Positions 54,370-64,000 of a stretch of 64,000 bases of DNA are shown one piece after another. How positions within the stretch are numbered: position 1 is the stretch's first letter; every line of letters begins with the position of its first letter. The stretch spans positions 96,596,001 to 96,660,000 of the forward strand of contig NC_043001.1 of NCBI RefSeq assembly GCF_006345805.1, read 5' to 3'. Under the pieces are notes generated by a model. The model did no database searches. It was not told the DNA's origin and saw nothing but the letters and a program-made list of their open reading frames with translations. The stretch is from Octopus sinensis. Taxonomy: Eukaryota. A program made the translations under genes and the position numbers.

Positions 54370-55436
54370 GTCTGTCTATCTATCTGGTTACTACTTGGCG
54401 ACGATATTAGAAGAGTAGTTGCATATATAATCTTCATATTGGCAGCTGTAAGCTCAATAAGCTAACCTTTCTTCTGCTACTAGTAAATATGCTAGTTTAT
54501 TATTTGTGAGTTTTTCTATAGTTGTGCAAAGACATCAACGTTATTCCATTTTGTTTTTATCATATCATGTTTATTTGACAGCTTAACAAGCACATTCTTC
54601 CATATTGTACTGCCTTTGTCTAAGATGGTGAATAAGCTGTGTTTATATATTACATAACTGATATATTAGACAGCAGGTTCTCTCAAGATTTATTATTATT
54701 ATTATTAATATTATTATTTCCTTTTACCTGTATCTTTTAACACTGTTTATGTTACAAGAAGCATTTATATCTTTATATAATGAAACCTTTTTTGATAACA
54801 AAGTGTGTTTTTTTTTCCTTCTAATGATATCATGTTTAGAGAAGATACCATGATGATATCTTTGGAGAGCTTTTGATAATACTAACAAATACTTATGGTA
54901 ATCTCTAATACCATAGAGCGGATATTTGTTCTGATATGTTGTTATGTTATGAGTGTACGTTCGTATGTATGCATGTATATACAAGTATATGAATGAATGC
55001 ATATATGCACGTGTGTATATATATATATACATATATATATATACATATATATATATACATATAAATACATATATGTGTATATATATGTATATATATGTAT
55101 ATATATATACATATATATACATATATATACATATATGTGTATATATATGTATATATATGTATATATATATACATATATATACATATATATACATATATAT
55201 GTATATATATACATATATATACATTTATATGTATATATATACATATATATACATATATATACACATATATATACATATATACATATATGTGTATATATAT
55301 ATACATATATATACATATATATACATATATGTGTATATATATATGTATATATACATATATATGTATATATATACATATATATACATATTTATATATGCAT
55401 ACTTGTATGTATGCACACATGCATATCTGCATGCTC

Positions 55437-55642
55437 GTATGAGGCGTGCTGAAAAGTTCCTGGCTTTGGATTAAAGAAAATTCAGGTGGATCAGTTAATC
55501 GTGATTTTATTCAACATATTCGCTTCTCAGATTCACGATCCTTCCGCTTTTCCAAGTTCTGAAACAGGTCTCGGATGGTTGGACTCCAGCCAGGCCTTCG
55601 TGATACCCTTAAAGCCAGGAACGTTTTAGCATCAACTTGTAT
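55437..55642. mobile_element. Mariner-type MITE
   Basis: TIRs tatgaggcgtgctgaaaagttcctggcttt / aaagccaggaacgttttagcatcaacttgta with TA at both ends. Confidence 0.7.
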
Positions 55643-55673
55643 GTATATAATGTAATATCAAGTCTTTATATAT

Positions 55674-56060
55674 TCTTTTCTTCGCACAAGGCCTGAAATT
55701 TTTGGGAAGTGGGGGTGCAGTCGATTAGGTCAACCTCAGTACGCAACAGGTACTTAATTTATCGACCCAGAAAGGATGAAAGGCAAAGTCGACCTCGGCG
55801 GAATTTGAACTCAGAACGTAACGGCAGACAAAATACCTATGTCTTTACTACCCACAAGGGGCTAAACACAGAAAGGATAAACAAGGACAGCCAAACGGAT
55901 TAAGTCGATTATATCGACACCAGTGCGTAACTGGTACTTATTTAATCGACTCCGAAAGGATGAAAGACAAAGTCAATCACGGCGGAATGTGAATACAGAA
56001 GTGGTGAAATACCGCTAAGCATTTCGTCCAGCGTGCTAAATATTATACCAGCTCGTCGTC
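55674..56060 (-). mobile_element. Dimeric family A SINE (third copy)
   Basis: Same monomer order and junction as the other two dimers. Confidence 0.8.
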
Positions 56061-56249
56061 GAAGGCTTTTTTATATTGCTTTATATATATACAAGTGTTG
56101 GATCGAGAAGTGATCGCTAACAAATTAGAATATAATTCTGTTGACATTTAAAAAGGCCGAGTCATTTGTTCATAAGCTTCTAATTTTACTGGAGTACGAT
56201 ATTTTATGTGATGTTTTTCCTTTTTTTTTTTTGACAATCACTTCCTGGC

Positions 56250-57150
56250 TTTCTTTCTAGAACTGATTCTGGCGAAGTAGCAAGTTAAGCTTTTCTTCTT
56301 TGTGTTTTCAGCTGCAAAATGGATTTATCTGACACCTCGAATAACAGCTTATTCAAATGGTCTTTGAAATCATCCATATTTACACCTCAGTGAACTCTGA
56401 GATTGTGTTGCAGAATGTTTAAATTTGTGGGCCCTTGAAACATAAGTTGTCACAGTTCTGTGTCTTTACTCTGGATGTAGATGACAGGATCTTTGAAACA
56501 ATGCAGTGGCTTTCAGCTCCTTGGTTGGTATCGATTCCAGTCGCAAATCTGCGTATTTGAACTTCCAGAATTTTTCATTTATGTATATCGCTATATTAGC
56601 TCCACACTGTTGCTCATGTCTGTATGACTATCCTTTGTTTATTATTCTACTTGATATTACGTTAGAGTCGTTCTCATTAATTGACTATTTATCAAGACTG
56701 AAATAGAAGTTAATAATTATTTAACACTCTAGATGTATAATCAATACAGGTTGCGATTGTGTTGTCGAAGTAAAAGTTAAAACAGACGCGATAAGGCAAA
56801 GATGATCACATACTTTTGCGCTGTCAGTTGTGGTATGAGAAGACATTGATCCATAAGTACAGTGATTCACTGAACATAGGGACTGGATAAATTGATACAC
56901 TCTTTTAAATATTCCAGACATTGGATTATAGTCATGCAGGGGCGTGGCTTTATATGGTTAATCGAAGAACTCGATAACAGGATTATTTAAAATCTAGTAC
57001 TTGTTTTATCGGTTCTTTGAAGATTCGCTTTGTATGTTCTATATAGTCTTTGCTGCCAAATTCATCGACAAATCTCAAGGGTAAGCTATTGTATTGGTAT
57101 GTCGTATTTTGATATGGTCGGTGCAGGAATGAGTTCAGGAAACTTCAGAA
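56250..57150 (-). pseudogene. Decayed 3' end of CR1/Jockey-type LINE RT ORF
   Basis: IHK*KILEVQI and FQGP...HNLRVH*GVNMDDFKDHLNKLLFEVSDK resemble the CR1-like C-terminus. Confidence 0.55.
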
Positions 57151-57493
57151 ATAATTAGCTATAGGATACATATCGTCAATTATACTCTACAACGTTGTGC
57201 TCCAGCAAGGGCATATGGGCGCAATCCAATGAATGAAGGATGTGTCAATAAAATTAAAATAAAATGTTTGAGAGATCATATGGATTCCACTGTTAAATAA
57301 AACAACTGTAAGCTTAACGTTTGTGCTTTGTTTATATTCGTAGAGAACCTCACGAACGCTTGTACACACACACACTGACACATATATATTTAGATACGTA
57401 TGTACATATGCAAATATACATACATATATATATATACATATACACATGTATACATACATGCAGATGCATAAACATAAATACATACATATATAT

Positions 57494-57725
57494 ATTTCTT
57501 TACTACCCACAAGGGGCCAAACACAGAGGGGACAAACAAGGACAGACAAACGGAATTAGTCGATTACATCGACCCCAGTGCGTAACTGGTACTTAATTTA
57601 TCGACCCCGAAAGGATGAAAGACAAAGTCGACCTCGGCGGAATTTGAACTCAGAACGTAACGGCAGACGAAATACGGCTACGCATTTCGCCCGGCGTGCT
57701 AACGTTTCTGCCAGCTCGCCGCCTT
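57494..57725 (-). mobile_element. Young full-length family A SINE
   Basis: Near-identical to 19724-19955; acatacatatatat flanks. Confidence 0.9.
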
Positions 57726-58379
57726 CAAACATACATATATATGTCCATACATAAATGCATACATGCATACATACATATGTAATTGAGGTTTTATGTATGT
57801 CTTTTAATTATAGTCTTGTTAAATACCCAATAGTTAATGTCTACCTACAATTACAAAAGTAGTGAAAATGCAACAGGGTTAATATGCGAAGAATTTGATT
57901 ATTTTTGGACTGGAGGTCTAGAGATTCACAGATAACTTCATCTAATTAGTTCCAACCAAAAGTTATTTATATATTTCTGCCAATGAAAGAACAGAAACCT
58001 TTAATATGCCACAAGCAATTCTATAAAGTGTTTTCCTATTCGTTAAGAACGAGTTACTAGGTAACGGCGGTTACCAGAATTTTATTATCTTTTCGAAAAG
58101 AATATTCTTCGGAAATTTTCTTTCAAATATGTTTATACATTATCACGAGTTTCGTTAGAATTTGTGCCAACAAAAGTAACTTGTTGCCAACGCAGTTTGC
58201 TTCCAAACATCATTAAGTGTTGCTGATAATTTGGGCAAGTTCTTTTGAGAAATGAAAGAAAAGAAGTTTAAAATGGCAGCTTGTTGTCTTCTTTTTGAAT
58301 GCTAATTTTATTTTTTTCCTCTCTTCCTTTGCCACATTTCTAAAATGAAGGTAAATAAAGAAAAGAAAGAAAAATAAAT

Positions 58380-58412
58380 ACAAGATGAAATAAAACAACG
58401 ATAATGATATTG

Positions 58413-58446
<34 letters not shown>

Positions 58447-58511
58447 TAATAATAATAGTAATGACAACAACAACATCACCACCACCACCAACAACAACAA
58501 CAACAACAGCA

Positions 58512-58575
<64 letters not shown>

Positions 58576-58790
58576 CGCTTGGTTGTAATAAACGATGGCA
58601 ATAGCAAAAACTATATACACAACAATGGCGGTGATAATTTCTGAAATCATAATAACATTAATAATAACAACACCACTATTAGATCCACCACCATCGCTAC
58701 CAATAATAATAATAATTATAACAACAACAATGACCACAACAACAATGATAATAACACAAATCAACAGCCCCCACGAAAACACAATAACTG
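58380..58790. repeat. (TAA)n/(CAA)n/(CAC)n tract
   Basis: Direct reading. Confidence 0.9.
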
Positions 58791-58796
58791 CAATAA

Positions 58797-59690
58797 TTGT
58801 TTTTTTTTATTAGCTACAAAGGGCTCGTGCATACAATACAATAAACGTTAAAAATCTTGGCAGTTACAATACGTGCGGTGGTTGGACAAAGATGTATAAA
58901 AAGGAATAAAGAAACTAGCACGTTCTATGCAATAGAAAATTAAAAAAAGAAAACTCTAAATAAATATAAAAACATTATGAAACAATAATTAAAACAAGAT
59001 GTAATGTTATAAAGATAAAAATATTATTTAGGGTTACATACGTGCAAGCAGGTTAAGAAAGCATTGGCCTGTTTCACCGAGAGCACGCCACAGCTATGCT
59101 CTTCGTCTCTCTTCCAATAAAGACGTGGTTCAAACAAATGCGCCCGTTAATATTTTTTGTGTAGAGCGGGTTACATAAATCCCAAAATTTTCGAACACAA
59201 TTTCTTTTAAATGCTCATATTGGTAAGCATTTTATTAATAACCTGGGCGGCAATTGTGTATATTCCCTTTCTAATAAATCTTATTCCGGAAAAAAAAAAT
59301 TACAAACGATTGTGTCACTTGCTTGGAAATATGTGGTCCTAAGGATCTCTTCATTATTCCGCATAACCGTATAACACATTATATTATCCTACAGAGGACT
59401 CTTTCTCACCTTTCCAATTTTGTTTTTGCTTGGGTTCGTGTAATCTTGGTGTGGACCTTTCTATTGCAATTTTTGTCTTCTTCGTTATTTTGGAAATCTC
59501 ATTCAACTTCCATTTATTCTCTTTGATTCAAGATGATGAATTAGAGATGCTGGTGGTGTCTATTGTCAGTAAACGAGCGATTTGGTTGCTTATTTCCAAA
59601 TCCAACTTGCAATAACCTGCTCCACCATTTTCGAAACATTGACCATGATGTACTACGGAATGAGATCTGCTGCTGTTGTTGTTGTTGTTA
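58797..59690 (-). pseudogene. Probable 3' end of L1/Tx1-type LINE ORF2 with AATAAA/poly(A)
   Basis: CVIRLCG..KRSLGPHI (CCHC-like), LWRALGETGQCF, then ...gtagctaataaaaaaaaa at ~58800. Confidence 0.5.
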
Positions 59691-59748
59691 AGCAACAAGA
59701 CGCTTAAGCGGGATTAGGTGATGGTCTAGGGCTTAGGGGCAGGAGACC

Positions 59749-59876
59749 TCAGATCTTGGAAAAAAAAAACTTTGGTCGTCTTGTAGTCGAGGGCTCTTTG
59801 TTGACGCCCGACACCACTGGGAGGTGGCCCACGAAGTCGCTGAAAATGGAGATGTCCAGGTCCAAATTCTTGAACG

Positions 59877-59958
<82 letters not shown>

Positions 59959-60069
59959 TTGTTGCCGCTGTTTTCTTTTCTTCTTTATCTTTTTTCTTTT
60001 CTCACTTTCCTCCTTTATGTTCTCCAGTTTCTCAAGGCAAAAATACGCCCTTTTTACTGCACACGCGTT
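59749..60069 (-). other. Stop-free Lys-rich/polyQ reading frame (possible host exon)
   Basis: NACAVKRAYFCLEKLENIKEESEKRKKIKKKRKQR-Q29-PFKNLDLDISIFSDFVGHLPVVSGVNKEPSTTRRPKFFFSKI*; no start codon, weak acceptor. Confidence 0.25.
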
Positions 60070-60480
60070 TCAAGCACTTTTTCTTAGATCTGTGACAAAA
60101 CACAGCTCCGATAGAGTTCTGTAAGTTTCAGGGGTTAATGAAACTCATAATCCATTCTGACTGCCTTTGATAACATGTATCATCACCTGTCGAAATGCTC
60201 ATACGGTCTTACAAAAGTAACAACAAATCAGAGGTCAGCTTTGTTAATGATGCTACTACCCATCGCCCTTATATGTTTTTACTCTAAATCTGGGGTAAAA
60301 ATCCATGGAGATGCACATGCCTTACTATTTCATCTTGTGTTGGCATTGTACCTCCGGTCTGAATATCGTTGAAGGGGTCCTGTATATTTTACGCATCAGG
60401 TAAAATATTTATATTCCTACACATATGTAACGGAGTCTTTCAGCAATTTTTTTGAAAGTTTTTGAAAACCACCTCTATAC

Positions 60481-60628
60481 CTATTTCTTTACTACCCACA
60501 AGGGGCTAAACACAGAGGGGACAAACAAGGACAGACAAACGGATTAAGTCGATTATATCAACCCCAGTGCGTAACTGGTACTCATTTAATCGACCCCGAA
60601 AGGATGAAAGGCAAAGTTGACCTCGGCG
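60481..60628 (-). mobile_element. 5'-truncated family A SINE with 10-bp TSD
   Basis: acctctatac at 60471-60480 and 60629-60638. Confidence 0.9.
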
Positions 60629-60659
60629 ACCTCTATACGCTTAAGAAAAAGGTAATAGG

Positions 60660-61057
60660 GATGGCACAAGCATAGTTGTATGGTTAAGGAGCCCCTTCTG
60701 CAGCGACGGTCTTTTAGGTTCAATCACTTTGCACAGCAGCTGGAACAAGTGTTTTCTACTATAGTTGTGGGTCGACTAATATCTTACGAATGAATATGGT
60801 AGACGGAAACTATGCGGAAGACCTCCGAGTATGTACCTAAATGTCTGCATGTTTTTTTGTGTATATTTCTTTGTGTTTGTGTTTGTTCCCCCATCACTGC
60901 TTGATGACTGGTGTTGGTTTGTTTACGTAGCTATAACTTAGCGGTTCGGCAAAAGAAAAGGGTTAAAATAAGTACTAGACTTAAAAGAAATGTGCTAATC
61001 CCTTGAAGGTGGTGTCCCAGCATGACTGCAGTCCAATGACTGGAACAAGTAAAAGGT
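60660..61057 (+). mobile_element. Older family B SINE
   Basis: Diverged homology to family B. Confidence 0.7.
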
Positions 61058-62225
61058 AAGACTACTAAGCGATGATTTTCTTTTGTCGCCCATGTGTATA
61101 GTCGCCAGACAGAGAGACTATTTTAAGAAACATCTCCCAGCCATATTGCTTCTTTTTCTCCGTGAAATCAGACATGTTCAAATATTCTGTGTTGTTTAGC
61201 AGGCTGGCAAATATATTGTTGCTATGCAAAACAGCGGAAATGTTTGTGTTTGTCAAAGAGTAGGAGCAAATATATATATCAGTGTATATGTTGTTGACAA
61301 CGTTACCCCTCAAGGTGTTCAAACTGGCATATTTTGGCTATTAAATAAGTGTTTTCTTCTTGTTCCTGTTCAGCATTAATGTTCTTTTAAGCAGTTCTTT
61401 ACTTTTTTTAAATTTGTTTTCCTGTTTCTGAAGCGTATTATTTTGTTCATTGTGAATTTTCTTTTGAAGGCATGTTCTCGGGATTTTCTAAGCCATTTTT
61501 TCTATGTGTAGTCAGCGACAAAATATAAAATCTATGCTTCAAATATATCTTATTTTTTTCTTCCTCTAATCCTGAGTGGGCAGACGTCAAACTTGCTGAA
61601 GCTATTTGTATGTGATTAAATTCAACGAAATTCTATTTCATATCAAAAAAAATTCTTAGCCTGACCTCTGTTTGGGTTAACAGCAAATAACAAGAGTGGA
61701 TAATAATAATCAAAAATTGTGGGCTAACGTGATATTAGTCGATGACATTGACCTCGGGATTCGATTGATATATTTCATAGAGATCCTGAAATAACAAATG
61801 TAAAGTTGACTAAGTAAATTCATGTTTCCGGCGTCCATAAAATACCAATTATGTGTTGAGCTGATATAACAGTAACAACACACCATCAACAACAATAAGT
61901 CCAACCGCGTTAAGTAAGATTTAAAAAGTACTAGTTTGAACCAAAACTGCTTTTGTTGTTAACAATTAATCTTTATCCGCCCAGCCGGCTAGTTGCGACA
62001 GCAGTGATTTGTTAATCACTATGCATGAGGCTGCTTAGATGGATGATGCACAAAGAAGCAGAAATCTAGATTTAGCAATGTCACTGCCCCCACTTAACAT
62101 TTTGCGTCTGTTGCTAAAACTCATCTTTGTTTTTTAGTAATGTGCATCTCTACAAGATACTGTCTCGAGACGAATACCACAGTTTTGTGACTTTCTACAG
62201 TATAGGCACGAGAAGATATGAGTCT

Positions 62226-62425
62226 AGGACATTTACCTCCCCCCCTTATGGACAATAAGCACCAAGAACAATTACCCTGACAACAAATGATTTAAATCTT
62301 CTTAATATATTGCTGAGGGGCTAAATAACCAAGGAAGAAAATTTCCTAGGGGATAGTTGCCGTCGGGGGGGGGGGGAGAATTGTCTTATGGGGGATGAAT
62401 TGTCCTAGAGGCGTAATTGTCCTGA
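62226..62425. mobile_element. MITE-like element with multiple subterminal GGACAATT-C-run motifs
   Basis: ggacattta/ggacaataa/gaacaatta at left, inverted aattgtc(c/t) x3 at right. Confidence 0.55.
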
Positions 62426-62475
62426 TACAGAAGATATACATAACAACAACAACAATAACAACAATAATAATAATA

Positions 62476-62532
<57 letters not shown>

Positions 62533-62611
62533 TAATAATAATAATGATGATGATAATAATAATAACAATAATAATAACGATGATGACGACGATGATGATA
62601 ATGATAATAAT

Positions 62612-63512
62612 CTAGAAAAAAATGGAGTCCTGCCACATGAGCAGAAGGGTTGCAAGCGTGAGTGCAGAGGTACCAAGGATCAACTCCTGATAGACAAAAC
62701 CATTATTAGAGACTGCAAGAGGAGGAAAAGTAACTTAGCAGTGTCATGGATCGACTATCGTAAGGCGTACGATATGATCCCACATTCTTAGATTATGGAA
62801 CGTATGAACCTATTTGGTATTGCATCGAATGTTGAGCGATTGCTTGGAAAAATTATGGCGAATTGGAGGACGGACCTAACAGCATACGGAAGAAGTTTAG
62901 GGACAGTAAAAATCAGGAGGGACATCTTCCAAGGGGACAACCTGTCCCCACTGATCTTTGTACTGTGCTTGATACCACCAACACTGATACTGAGGAAAGT
63001 AAGACCTGGGTATGCATTCAAAAGCCGCCAGCATAAATCAACCATTCGTTATTCATAGATGATCTCAAACTTTATGGTAAAGATGAAACCCAAGTCAGTT
63101 CCCTCGTTGATACTGTGTATACCTTCGGTGTTGATATCAGAATGGAGTTAGGACTGAGAAATTGTGGTGTGTCACTTTTGAAGAGAGGCAAAATCAAATG
63201 TATGGACGGGCTGACGATGCCATCAGGGGAGGTTATGAAGCGACGGGCTATAATTGCTTGGGGATTATGGAAATGGATAAGTAGTAGTAATAATAATTGT
63301 CGGAGCCCTGGGAGCAGTGAGCGAAAATCTCGAGAAGTACATGGAACAAATAGGGGCTGCAATAAGGGTGGAGCACTTGCAAAAAACAGTACTGCTTGGA
63401 ACCGTTCGAATACTCCGGAAGGTACTCGGAAAATAAGAGGTGTTAACTTAGTTCATTGGTATTGAGCAGCTAACACTGTAGTACATCTCCAGCGTTAGAA
63501 GCTGTGCAAATG
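62612..63512 (+). mobile_element. Internally deleted R4/Dong-like LINE (RT + RLE end)
   Basis: [53 protein letters not shown], then jump at ~63241 to VGALG...LQKTVLLGTVRILRKVLGK*. Confidence 0.9.
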
Positions 63513-63589
63513 CAACAACAATAACAACAACAACAACAACAGTAATAATAATAATAATAATAAAAAGAATAAGAATAATAATACTAAAT

Positions 63590-63810
63590 GGAAGTATCAG
63601 CACTCAAGTTTCAACATGGCTCAAAAAGATTGGTTCAAATCTAAAAACAGAACAACTACAAAAATGTCAGTACTGCTTGGAACTGCAATAGTTCTACGCA
63701 GGGTTCTTGAAGCATGATCAGTAAACTCGTGTCACCTTAGTCTGCTGTCCGTGAACAGCTGACACGTTCGATTATACCCAGCAAAATAAGCCGACAGTCT
63801 TCATCAAATA
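63590..63810 (+). mobile_element. Short R4/Dong-like 3' end in (TAA)n
   Basis: TWLKKIG...SVLLGTAIVLRRVLEA* remnant plus UTR and (TAA/CAA)n. Confidence 0.65.
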
Positions 63811-64000
63811 ATAATAATATTAACAACAACAACAAAAACAACAACAATAGCCCCAACAACCCATGTACTCAGAAAGGTGCTCTTCATTAATTAGTAGGAA
63901 CACACCCTCTGGCGTCCTACGACCATTGATTGGGCCCCAGCTCTAAGGGAAGAAACAGCAAGAGGAATCGGTTACTACTACTACTACTACTACTACTACT

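Noticed and set aside
59708-59745. G-rich stretch with ttagg/ctaggg/ttagggg
   Set aside because: Not a true (TTAGGG)n array, and G-runs are irregular for a confident quadruplex.

Overview
AT-rich, microsatellite-dense eukaryotic DNA made almost entirely of mobile-element debris. The SINE set and composition resemble an octopod cephalopod genome, but that is recalled resemblance, not a search result. No host gene can be firmly supported, and most ORF-track entries are translations of (TA)n, (TAA)n, (ATC)n and (TATC)n repeats. Supported content: more than 35 tRNA-derived SINE copies in about four families, including a recurrent dimer; a Neptune-type Penelope RT/GIY-YIG element with an inverted 3' piece; several R4/Dong-like RT/RLE LINE fragments in TAA microsatellites; two decayed mariners; MITEs; and CR1/Jockey- and L1/Tx1-type remnants. 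Highlights: (1) short non-autonomous elements carrying minimal Penelope-type hammerhead ribozyme motifs, one with a tRNA/Pol III head, whose inverted arm starts at or near the predicted cleavage site; (2) a complete 2.2-kb, TSD-flanked, ORF1-only (HAL1-like) retroelement inserted in a SINE head; (3) a SINE flanked by a 124-bp target duplication. Coordinates were read by eye, and edges of decayed elements are approximate.
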